From the NCBI GenBank assembly GCA_009379735.1, contig WHTB01000081.1, forward strand, positions 1 through 14,995: DNA of 14,995 nt, written 5' to 3'. The notes under the pieces were generated by a model. The model had not been told where the DNA came from. It saw only the letters and a list, made by a program, of their open reading frames with translations, and did no database searches. The DNA comes from Propionibacteriales bacterium (GTDB taxonomy: Bacteria; Actinomycetota; Actinomycetes; Propionibacteriales; Nocardioidaceae). Below, one piece after another: positions 7,890 through 14,995 of this stretch (positions are counted from its first letter, which is position 1; every line of letters begins with the position of its first letter). Position numbers and translations under genes: made by a program.

Positions 7890-7951
7890 CGCGCAAACGG
7901 CCCGGGGGCTCACCCCACGACCGGCGCCAGTCACTGCGGCACGATGGCAGC

Positions 7952-8344
7952 GTGCCGACCTGGTGGAAGCTGCTGCTCGTCGCCGCCGCGCTCATGGTGG
8001 CCGGCTGGGCGGCCCTCACCATCCTCGCCCGGCGACTGCCGCCCGGACTGCTGCGCGACCTGGTGGAGTTCCTGCCCGCGTGCGTGACGACCGCGCGTCG
8101 ACTGCGCAAGGAACCGTCGGTGCCGCGCCGCGCCAAGGTGGCACTCGCGATCGCCGTCGTGTGGACGGTGTCGCCGATCGACCTGCTGCCGGAGTTCCTG
8201 CCGGTGATCGGACCGCTGGACGACATCGTGGTCATCGCGCTGGCGCTGAGGTACGCCGCGCGTGCCGTACCCCGCGACGTGCTGTTCGAAGCCTGGCCGG
8301 CCGAGGACCGCCTGCTCGAGCGGCTGGTCGGAGGCCGGGCCTAA
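7952..8344 (+). CDS. DUF1232 / YkvA-family small membrane protein
   Basis: Family signature DLLPEFLPVIGPLDD plus an N-terminal TM (WWKLLLVAAALMVAGWAALTIL). GTG 7952 is the first in-frame start after the regulatory region (alternative ATG 7994). TAA at 8342-8344. Confidence 0.7.
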   Translation: MPTWWKLLLVAAALMVAGWAALTILARRLPPGLLRDLVEFLPACVTTARRLRKEPSVPRRAKVALAIAVVWTVSPIDLLPEFLPVIGPLDDIVVIALALRYAARAVPRDVLFEAWPAEDRLLERLVGGRA

Positions 8345-8352
8345 CCGTCCCG

Positions 8353-8790
8353 TCAGGCCGTCCCGTCCGGAGCGAGCAGCGCGGCGAACCCGTCGCCCAT
8401 CCGGCGCAGCTCGTCACGGTGCAGTGCACTGAGCCGGCCGAGGACTCGCTCCCCCTCCGGAGTCAGCAGCACGCGGACGGAGCGGGCATCGGTCGGGTGC
8501 GCTGCTCGCTCGACCAGGTCCTGCGTCTGGGCCCGGTTGACCAGCTCGACCACGCTGTGATGGCGCAGCTGGAGCAGCTCGGCGAGCTCGCTCACGGTCG
8601 CCCATTCGCGGCCCGGGAAACCCTTGAGCGCCAGCAGGAGCTGGTAGTGCTGCGGGGTGACGCCGTGGCCACGTACGGTCTCCTCGCTGAAGCGGAGATA
8701 GCGGCGGATGCCGAAGCGGAACCGGGCCAGCGCTTCGAAGTCCAGCTTGGTCAGGGGCTCCGGCTTCCCCTGGTCGCTCCGAACCGCCAT
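8353..8790 (-). CDS. MarR-family transcriptional regulator
   Basis: Winged-helix MarR pattern (LTKLDFEALARFRFGIRRYLRF...TPQHYQLLLAL...WATVSELAELLQLRHHSVVELVNRAQ). ATG 8790 (MAVRSD) is preferred; GTG 8802 is possible. Convergent with the DUF1232 gene across an 8-bp gap. Confidence 0.8.
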   Translation of the reverse strand: MAVRSDQGKPEPLTKLDFEALARFRFGIRRYLRFSEETVRGHGVTPQHYQLLLALKGFPGREWATVSELAELLQLRHHSVVELVNRAQTQDLVERAAHPTDARSVRVLLTPEGERVLGRLSALHRDELRRMGDGFAALLAPDGTA

Positions 8791-8840
8791 CGTCGATGAC
8801 ACCGCCCTCCGTCGTCTCGCCGGACCCTAGCAATCGTCAA

Positions 8841-8859
8841 TGTATCGCGTTACGATACA
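8841..8859. promoter_or_regulatory. inverted repeat TGTATCG-N5-CGATACA in the AT-rich MarR/SPFH divergent intergenic region: candidate MarR operator overlapping the putative -10 elements
   Basis: Perfect 7-bp arms with a 5-bp spacer, inside the only AT-rich stretch of the 146-bp spacer (tagcaatcgtcaatgtatcgcgttacgatacaaatgc). A minus-strand TACATT and a plus-strand TACGAT overlap it. Confidence 0.35.
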
Positions 8860-8948
8860 AATGCCCAGCACGGCACAGAACGCTGACCACCGAGACCCTT
8901 CGGCCGCCAGGCAGGGCTGACGGCTCCGGGTCGGGGATCGAGGAAGAG

Positions 8949-9829
8949 ATGGAAATTGTCCTTGCACTGCTGGCCGGAGCCGGTGCCATCGGTGCGGCCT
9001 GGCTGGTCGTGAGCGTTCGCGTGGTCAAGCAGTACGAGCGCGGCGTCGTCTTCCGGTTCGGCCGGGTACGCACCGAGGCCCGGCGCCCCGGTCTGGCCGT
9101 GCTGATGCCGGTCGCCGACCGGCTGCAGAAGGTGAACATGCAGATCATCACGATGCCGGTGCCGGCGCAGGAGGGCATCACCCGTGACAACGTGACCGTC
9201 CGCGTGGACGCGGTCGTCTACTTCCGGGTGATCGACCCGGTGCGCGTCGCGGTCGACGTCCAGGACTACGGCGCCGCCATCGGCCAGGTGGCGCAGACCT
9301 CGCTGCGGTCGATCATCGGCAAGAGCGAGCTCGACGACCTGCTCTCCGATCGCGAGCGGCTCAACCAGGGCCTCGAGCTGATGATCGACAGCCGGCCGCC
9401 GACTGGGGCGTCCACATCGACCGGGTCGAGATCAAGGACGTCGCGTTGCCCGAGTCGATGAAGCGGTCGATGTCGCGCCAGGCGGAGGCCGAGCGGGAGC
9501 GGCGGGCCCGCGTCATCACCGCCGAGGGCGAGCTGCAGGCGTCGGCCAAGCTCGCCGAGGCCGCCGCGGCGATGGCACAGACCCCGGCCGCCCTGCAGCT
9601 GCGGCTGCTGCAGACCGTCGTCGAGGTCGCCGCCGAGAAGAACTCCACCCTCGTGCTGCCGTTCCCGGTCGAGCTGCTGCGGTTCCTCGAGCACGCCACC
9701 GACCGGCCGGCCGCCGCGACGGCGCCGTCGCCGGACCCGGACCCGGAGCTGCAGGTCCCGCCCGGCTGGTCGGTCCCGCCGCGACCGCGTGAGCCGGCCG
9801 ACGCGCAGCCAGTGGACGACCCCGCGTAG
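8949..9829 (+). pseudogene. SPFH / band-7 (stomatin-prohibitin-HflK/C-like) membrane protein, interrupted by a single-base frame disruption near 9388-9400 (or a sequencing indel)
   Basis: ATG 8949 with AGGAAG upstream. An N-terminal TM is followed by an SPFH core (VVKQYERGVVFRFGRV..., IITMPVPAQEGITRDNVTVRVDAVVYFRVIDP). The first frame derails at LMIDS-RPPTGAST. The next frame, one base behind, continues with the canonical sequence PAADWGVHIDRVEIKDVALPESMKRSMSRQAEAERERRARVITAEGE... to TAG 9829. The junction is the gccggccgcc repeat. The track shows two ORFs, 8796..9461 and 9446..9829. Confidence 0.7.
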
Positions 9830-9854
9830 GCCCGCCGCGAGACCAGGTGCGGGC
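9830..9854. terminator. hairpin GCCCGC-N13-GCGGGC lying exactly between the convergent stop codons of the SPFH and sigma genes (candidate bidirectional terminator)
   Basis: TAG(9827-9829)-GCCCGC...GCGGGC-overlapping CTA(9854-9856). 6-bp GC stem, no U-tract. Confidence 0.35.
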
Positions 9855-11098
9855 TAGGACTCGTCGGTCGGCACTGAGGCCAGCCGGCGAACGAGGAACT
9901 CACGTTCGGCGTCGTTGTCGACCAGGTCGAGAGCAGCTCGGTAGGCGGCCGCGGCCTCCTGGTGCCGGCCGAGGCGGCGCAGCAGGTCGGCCTTGACCGC
10001 CGGGAGGTACGGGTAGCCACCCAGCCGGCCGTCGTCTTCTACTCCCCCGACCAGGGACAGCGCGGCGGTCGGCCCCTCCACCATCGCCACCGCCACCGCG
10101 CGGTTCAGCGACACGACGGGCGTCGGCCAGACCGCCAGCAGGGCGTCGTACAACGCGAGCACCTCCGGCCAGTCCGTCTCCGCGTAGCTCGGTGCGCGCG
10201 CGTGCACCGAGGCGATGGCTGCCTGCAGCGTGAACCGGCCCGGCCGCCCGCGCCGGAGCACGTCCACGATCAGCCGGTGGCCCTCCGCGATCGCCGCCCG
10301 GTCCCACGCCGACCGGTCCTGGTCCTCGAGCAGGACCAGCCGGCCCTGGTCGTCGGTCCGAGTCGCCCGGCGAGCGTCGGTGACGAGCAGCAGGGCGAGC
10401 AGCCCGCGTACCTCGGTCTCGTCCGGCATCAGATCGCGCAGCATGCCGGTGAGGTGCAGCGCCCGCTCGACCAGGTCGGCACGGACGAGATGCTCGCCGG
10501 TCGGGGTGGTGTGACCGGCGCTGTAGAGCAGGTGGATGACGCTCAGGACGGCGTCGAGCCGGTCCGGGAGCTCGTTGGCCTCGGGCACGCGGTACGGGAT
10601 GCGGGCGGCGGCGATCTTCTTCTTGGCCCGGGTGATCCGGGCCGCCATCGTGGTCTCGGAGATCAGGAAGGACCGGGCGATGTCGGGTGTCGTCATCCCG
10701 CAGATCAGCCGCAGGGTGAGGGCGATCTGCGCCTCCCGGGCCAGCGCCGGGTGGCAGCAGGTGAAGACGAGCCGCAGCCGGTCGTCCGGCACTGCGTCGT
10801 AGCCGGTCTCGTCCATGGTGGTCTCCTCCGGTTCCACGAGGAGCGGGAGCTTCGACCGGAGTACGACCTGGCGCTCGATGGCGTTGATGGCCTTACGTTT
10901 CGCGGCCGTGGTGAGCCAGGCACCAGGCTTCCTCGGGATGCCCGTGCGTTCCCACGCGTCGAGTGCCGCCACGTACGCGTCCTGCACACACTCCTCGGCG
11001 AGGTCGATGTCGCGGGTGACGCGCACCGTCGCGGCGAGGACGAAGGTCCACTCACGACGGTGCGCGTCCGCGACCGCCTGTTCTACCGCCGTACTCAC
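9854..11098 (-). CDS. ECF-type RNA polymerase sigma factor with a long TPR-like C-terminal extension, of the kind found next to YciI/DGPF genes (I believe this is ECF group 42)
   Basis: 414 aa with sigma-70 region 2 (..RLVFTCCHPAL..) and region 4 (MTTPDIARSFLISETTMAARITRAKKKI). The conserved C-terminal tail is GYPYLPAVKADLLRRLGRHQEAAAAYRAALDLVDNDAEREFLVRRL. The GTG start overlaps the upstream YciI stop (GTGA). Confidence 0.85.
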   Translation of the reverse strand: MSTAVEQAVADAHRREWTFVLAATVRVTRDIDLAEECVQDAYVAALDAWERTGIPRKPGAWLTTAAKRKAINAIERQVVLRSKLPLLVEPEETTMDETGYDAVPDDRLRLVFTCCHPALAREAQIALTLRLICGMTTPDIARSFLISETTMAARITRAKKKIAAARIPYRVPEANELPDRLDAVLSVIHLLYSAGHTTPTGEHLVRADLVERALHLTGMLRDLMPDETEVRGLLALLLVTDARRATRTDDQGRLVLLEDQDRSAWDRAAIAEGHRLIVDVLRRGRPGRFTLQAAIASVHARAPSYAETDWPEVLALYDALLAVWPTPVVSLNRAVAVAMVEGPTAALSLVGGVEDDGRLGGYPYLPAVKADLLRRLGRHQEAAAAYRAALDLVDNDAEREFLVRRLASVPTDES

Positions 11099-11424
11099 CC
11101 GAGGATCGGCCTCACCTCGACGGCGCCGCGCCAGGTGGCCGGGTTGAGCTTGGCGGCCTCGAGGGCGTGGTCGAGGTCGGCCGCCTCGATGATGCAGAAC
11201 CCGGCCAGGACCTCCTTGGACTCCAGGAACGGGCCGTCGGTGACGAGCTCGCCGCGGACGGTCGTCGCGGTCTCGCTGGACTGGAGGGCGTGGCCCGCAA
11301 GGATCTGGGTGCCCTTCTCCTGGAGCAGGTCGCTATATCTGAGGAACGCATCCATCTCCTCGGTCGGGATGTCCTGCGCGTCACCGGGGGTCGGTGCGTA
11401 CTGGAGGATCGCGTACTGGGGCAT
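11095..11424 (-). CDS. YciI-family (DGPF domain) protein
   Basis: The literal DGPF motif (ELVTDGPFLESKEVLAGFCIIEAADLDHALEAA). ATG 11424 with GGAGA 5 nt upstream; the track's extension to 11460 starts at TTG and lacks an RBS. Its stop is coupled to the sigma start. Confidence 0.8.
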   Translation of the reverse strand: MPQYAILQYAPTPGDAQDIPTEEMDAFLRYSDLLQEKGTQILAGHALQSSETATTVRGELVTDGPFLESKEVLAGFCIIEAADLDHALEAAKLNPATWRGAVEVRPILG

Positions 11425-11483
11425 CAGGGTCTCCAATTCTGTGTGGTCAAGCGTGGACAAGGATCAGGATGACGGGTCGTCGG

Positions 11484-12053
11484 TCAGTCCTTCTTACTCC
11501 GATCGGCTCCCTGCGGCCGGTAGCAGAGGAGGACCAACCCGGAGTCGTACGTCGTGACGTCGACCAGGTCCAGCGTCGCGACCGCGGTGTCACGTCGCAG
11601 CAGGTCGTCCGGGTCGCTGCCGCCGACGAGGACGGGATGGAGCCAGATCCGCAGCTCGTCGAGGAGGTCGTGCTGCATCAGCGTCTCGGTGAGAGCGCCG
11701 TACCCATAGACCAAGATGTCCTTCCCGGGCTGCTGCTTGAGCTTCGCGACCTCGGCCGCCACGTCGCCGCCGATCACCGTGGCGTTCCACTCGGCCGTCG
11801 CCAGGGTGGTCGACACGACGTACTTCGGCAGGCTGTTCATCCGGTCCGCGAAGCCCATGTCGTCGGTCCTGCTGGGCCACGCGTCGGCGAAGATCTCGTA
11901 CGTCCCCCGCCCCATCAGCAACGCGTCGCTGGCGAACAGCTGGTCGTGCGCGAACGCGGTGGCCTCGTCCGTGCGGAACGGGAACGTCCAGTTCTCCGGG
12001 TGGGTGATGACGCCGTCCAGCGTCATGTAGGTCGATGCGATGACTCGTCTCAT
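11484..12053 (-). CDS. dihydrofolate reductase-family protein (RibD C-terminal domain type, YwjB/YyaP-like)
   Basis: MRRVIASTYMTLDGV...LMGRGTYE...ILVYGYGAL pattern. AAGGAGA lies 6 nt upstream of ATG 12053. Confidence 0.8.
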   Translation of the reverse strand: MRRVIASTYMTLDGVITHPENWTFPFRTDEATAFAHDQLFASDALLMGRGTYEIFADAWPSRTDDMGFADRMNSLPKYVVSTTLATAEWNATVIGGDVAAEVAKLKQQPGKDILVYGYGALTETLMQHDLLDELRIWLHPVLVGGSDPDDLLRRDTAVATLDLVDVTTYDSGLVLLCYRPQGADRSKKD

Positions 12054-12080
12054 GTCGGTCTCCTTGTGGTGGGTGGTCGG

Positions 12081-12737
12081 TCAGATGTCGCCGTGCGAGC
12101 GGACGTACGCGGATGTCACCGCGACCCAGGCCCAGCCGATGACGACGGCGACCGCGAACCCCACGGTGAACGCCGGTCGGCCGGCTCCGGCGGCGATCCC
12201 GACGAAGGCGGCGCCGAACAGCACGCCCGACGTCGTGGAGTACGCCGCGAGGCCGCGACGGCCGCGACTCCTGAACCGGCGGGCGACGATCAGGCAGGCC
12301 GCGATCAGGCCGATGAACCCCACCGCGCCCACCACCAGGTGCAGCATCCCGTGCCAGCTGACCTCGTTGTAGTCCGCCGGCGTGCCCACCGGGAAGCCGA
12401 GCGCGGGGTCGGCGCGGAAGACGGCGGCGCCGAGCAGCCCGACGCCGAACAGCCCGAGCATCCGGGGTCCCCAGGTCCGGCCGGTGCCCTCACCGAGGGC
12501 ACGTCGAAGGCCGACGGCGGCGGCTATGGTCAGCGCGCCGGCGACCAGGAAGTTGCTGATCTGGATCCATCCCTGGTCGCCGTTGGCGAGGATGCTGGCC
12601 GAGTGGCGGGTCAGGTCGAAGCCGTCGCGGGTGAGCACTTGGCCCAGCACCACGGCGATGTAGAGGGGCCCGGCGGCGATGCCGCAGGCGAGCAGCCGGT
12701 CGGTGGTCCTCTGGGTGCTGACGGTGGTCTGGCTCAT
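12081..12737 (-). CDS. DUF998-family integral membrane protein
   Basis: 218 aa with about 6 hydrophobic spans. AAGGAAAG RBS before ATG 12737. The family call is from memory of the DUF998 architecture and is only moderately confident. Confidence 0.6.
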   Translation of the reverse strand: MSQTTVSTQRTTDRLLACGIAAGPLYIAVVLGQVLTRDGFDLTRHSASILANGDQGWIQISNFLVAGALTIAAAVGLRRALGEGTGRTWGPRMLGLFGVGLLGAAVFRADPALGFPVGTPADYNEVSWHGMLHLVVGAVGFIGLIAACLIVARRFRSRGRRGLAAYSTTSGVLFGAAFVGIAAGAGRPAFTVGFAVAVVIGWAWVAVTSAYVRSHGDI

Positions 12738-12771
12738 GAGCTTTCCTTACGTGTGTGGGCTTCTTGGGTGG

Positions 12772-13569
12772 TCAGTCGGCGAAGTGGTCGATCAGGACCG
12801 GGGCGAGCGCCTTCGGCTTCACGAGGTGCGTCTGGCCGTCCAGCGTGTGGTGCTTCGCTCCCGGCACGACCGAGGCCAGGGCGTCCATCGCGTTGCGCAT
12901 CCAGGCCGGGCTCTTGCCGCCCGCGACCACGAGTGTCTGCGCGGCGACCGACGACCAGCGGGTGGCCGGCAGCGGATGGCCCTGTTGGCGGTCGATGACG
13001 AAGGCCAGGTCGTACGGCAGCGTGTGGGCGACCGCCTTCAGCTTCGGCCAAGCCGGCATCAGGCCCATCAACGCGACGATGGCGCCCGGGACCCGTACGC
13101 CATCACGCATGAAGAGCTTGACGGCCTTGGCTCGGCGGCCGGCTGCGACCGCGTCGCTGATCTGGGCGACCAGGTCGGCCGGGGTCGGAGGACGGGTGTC
13201 GTCGACGACGTACGGCACCTCGTAGAGCGCCAGCTTGTCGATCCTCAGCCCGTGGCTCGCCGCCTCGAGGGCGAGCGCGCCGCCGGACGAGATGCCGTAC
13301 ACATGCGCGTGTCCGCCGGCCTCCTCGATGACCGCCTCGAGGTCCTCGATCTCCCGCTCGACCGCGTACGGCGCGGTGTCCCCACTGTCGCCACGGCCGC
13401 GGCGGTCGTAGGTGTAGACGGTGAAGTGGTCGGCGAGCAGCGGGACCAGGTCCGGCATCGGGCCTTGGGCCCGGGTGCAGAGAGCGCCGTCGACCAGGAC
13501 GACGGCGGGCCCTTGCCCCGCCCGATCAACGGCGATCGATGTTCCGTCCTTTGACGTCACGGTGTGCAC
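12772..13569 (-). CDS. alpha/beta-fold hydrolase
   Basis: GXSXG nucleophile elbow (HVYGISSGGALALEAA), 265 aa. GAGGAGA lies 5 nt upstream of GTG 13569. Confidence 0.8.
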   Translation of the reverse strand: MHTVTSKDGTSIAVDRAGQGPAVVLVDGALCTRAQGPMPDLVPLLADHFTVYTYDRRGRGDSGDTAPYAVEREIEDLEAVIEEAGGHAHVYGISSGGALALEAASHGLRIDKLALYEVPYVVDDTRPPTPADLVAQISDAVAAGRRAKAVKLFMRDGVRVPGAIVALMGLMPAWPKLKAVAHTLPYDLAFVIDRQQGHPLPATRWSSVAAQTLVVAGGKSPAWMRNAMDALASVVPGAKHHTLDGQTHLVKPKALAPVLIDHFAD

Positions 13570-13677
13570 GGTGTCTCCTCGTGGTGGTGGGTCCTACGCG
13601 TTACCGTCAAGCGGGCCGAGCTGAAATCGACAGCCGGCCTGAAAAGTTCTCGCGGCGACTCGGCTAGGTTGTGCCGC

Positions 13678-14646
13678 ATGGCAGCCAGAGGGGGCAAGAC
13701 GCCCGCGGTGGAGCTGGACGTGGGGCATCGAACGGTGCGGATCTCCAACCCCGACCGCGTCTACTTCCCGGCCCGCGGCGAGACCAAGCTCGACCTGGCG
13801 CAGTACTACCTCGACGTCGGCGACGGCATCGTCCGGGCCCTTCGGGAGCGGCCGTGCATGATGCACCGGTTCCCCGAGGGCATCAGCGGCGAGAAGGTGC
13901 ACCAGAAGCGGCTGCCGCGTGGCGCGCCGCCCTGGGTCGAGACGGTGCGCGTCGACTTCCCGTCCGGCCGGCACGCCTACGAGCTGTGCGTCACCGAGCT
14001 CGCCAGCGTGATCTGGTCGGTGCAGATGTCGACGGTGGAGTTCCATCCCTGGAACTCCCGTCGCGCCGACACCGAGGTGCCCGACGAGTGGAGGATCGAC
14101 CTGGATCCGATGCCGCACTGCGAGTTCGCCACGGTCCGCCGCGTCGCGCAGGTCGCCCACGAGGTGCTCGACGAGCCGGGGGCGGTCGGCTGGCCGAAGA
14201 CCTCGGGCGGGTCCGGCCTGCACATCTACGTCCGGATCGAGCCACGGTGGGGTTTCGCGGACGTACGCCGGGCGGCGCTGGCCTTCGCTCGTGAGGTCGA
14301 ACGCCGTGCACCCCAGGACGTGACGACCACCTGGTGGCGGAAGGACCGCGACCCCGAGGTGGTCTTCGTGGACTACAACCAGAACGCCCGCGACCACACC
14401 ATCGCGAGCGCGTACTCGGTGCGGGGCGTGCCCGAGGGCCGGGTGTCGACCCCGATCCGCTGGGACGAGATCGACGACGTGTTGCCGGGCGACTGCACGA
14501 TCGCGACGGTGCCCGCACGGTTCGCCGAGCTCGGTGACCTGCACGACGGGATCGACGAAGCGGTGTTCTCACTCGAGCCGTTGCTCGCGTGGGCGGACCG
14601 CGACGCGCGAGACGGGGCCGCCGACCCGCCGGACCCGGAGTCGTAA
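13678..14646 (+). CDS. stand-alone LigD polymerase-domain protein (NHEJ primase-polymerase, PolDom)
   Basis: LigD-Pol motifs (TVRISNPDRVYFP...TKLDLAQYY; SGGSGLHIYVRIEP; VFVDYNQNARDHTIASAYSVR). I prefer ATG 13678 (MAARGGKTPAVELDVGHR) over the track's 13564 extension, which runs through the divergent promoter region. Confidence 0.85.
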   Translation: MAARGGKTPAVELDVGHRTVRISNPDRVYFPARGETKLDLAQYYLDVGDGIVRALRERPCMMHRFPEGISGEKVHQKRLPRGAPPWVETVRVDFPSGRHAYELCVTELASVIWSVQMSTVEFHPWNSRRADTEVPDEWRIDLDPMPHCEFATVRRVAQVAHEVLDEPGAVGWPKTSGGSGLHIYVRIEPRWGFADVRRAALAFAREVERRAPQDVTTTWWRKDRDPEVVFVDYNQNARDHTIASAYSVRGVPEGRVSTPIRWDEIDDVLPGDCTIATVPARFAELGDLHDGIDEAVFSLEPLLAWADRDARDGAADPPDPES

Positions 14647-14740
14647 CCTCGCGGCCCGATCGTCGCTCGCTGGTGATGTTCGGGGAAACCTGTCGAGGTC
14701 AGAGGCACGACGAAGCTCCCCAAACCGCAGCCGCCGGTGA

Positions 14741-14995
14741 CTAGTCGGTCGCGTCGATCGCCTGCACGGCCCACCGGTTGCCGTCCGGGTCGCTGAAGAA
14801 GACGAACGAGCCCCAGGCCTGGACGTCCACCTCGCTGACGTCGACTCCCCGGTCGCCCCCCGGCGAAGACCCCGAGTCAGGTCGAGGCCCCCAAGGCCGC
14901 CCGGCCGACCACGATGAGCATCCCGTCGATCGGCGTCAAGGGGGTACGCGTCGTCGCGTACACGGGCACGGCCGACGATCTCCCGGGCACGCGGA
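14741..14995 (-). pseudogene. 3' end of a VOC/glyoxalase-family gene; the reading frame is not intact within the window
   Basis: The last 35 codons before TAG (14741-14743) read GVDVSEVDVQAWGSFVFFSDPDGNRWAVQAIDATD, a typical VOC C-terminus. The same frame has a TGA at 14938-14936 and no start codon in between. Another frame stays open to the window edge. C5-C6 homopolymers lie in between. Confidence 0.3.

Noticed and set aside
7818-8087. ORFs 7818..8087 + and 7746..7934 - overlapping the palindrome region
   Set aside because: They have no coding bias and one starts inside the palindrome. The region is better explained as a divergent regulatory spacer, and the real DUF1232 frame starts at 7952.
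13627-13632. TGTCGA on the minus strand upstream of the hydrolase-...-sigma block, as a possible -35 of the promoter motif I recall for ECF42-group sigmas (TGTCGA ... CGTC/CGAC)
   Set aside because: The hexamer is present, but no CGTC/CGAC follows at 16-17 bp (only GACG at about +19). My memory of the motif is also not firm enough to call it.
1-14995. CRISPR arrays, tRNA/rRNA genes, transposase or integrase genes, and terminal inverted repeats of insertion elements
   Set aside because: I found no regularly spaced direct repeats, no cloverleaf-compatible 70-90-nt segments, and no transposase or integrase-like translations in any frame.

Overview
This is a high-GC (about 70-73%) actinobacterial-type chromosomal segment that is almost fully coding. 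I can support 19 protein-coding genes or gene fragments:
- a 3'-partial acyl-CoA dehydrogenase;
- an uncharacterised membrane-anchored protein;
- an NCS1 (purine-cytosine type) permease;
- a same-strand cluster of three unknowns (a 2TM+GAF-like protein, a 66-aa basic protein and a 4TM protein);
- a co-directional eda-kdgK pair with a GTGGTTGA start/stop overlap;
- a GNAT acetyltransferase;
- a DUF1232/YkvA membrane protein;
- a MarR regulator divergent from an SPFH/band-7 protein;
- a five-gene minus-strand block (alpha/beta hydrolase, DUF998, DHFR-family, YciI/DGPF, ECF sigma factor with a TPR-like C-terminal extension, which I believe is ECF42-like);
- a stand-alone LigD polymerase-domain (NHEJ PrimPol) gene;
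- the 3' end of a VOC/glyoxalase-like gene.
No rRNA, tRNA, CRISPR array, transposase or integrase is visible. I do not recognise a multi-gene defence or mobile system. The most unusual element is a perfect 32-bp palindrome (GAAC-N4-GTTC core, CACGTG centre) in the divergent GNAT/DUF1232 promoter region, with a third direct-repeat half-site and a flanking 9-bp inverted repeat. Three genes carry single-base frame disruptions that all map to G/C homopolymer or GC-repeat tracts. That pattern looks more like assembly indels than biology, but it needs checking. Coordinates of non-ORF elements were hand-counted against ORF-track anchors and may be off by 1-2 bp.
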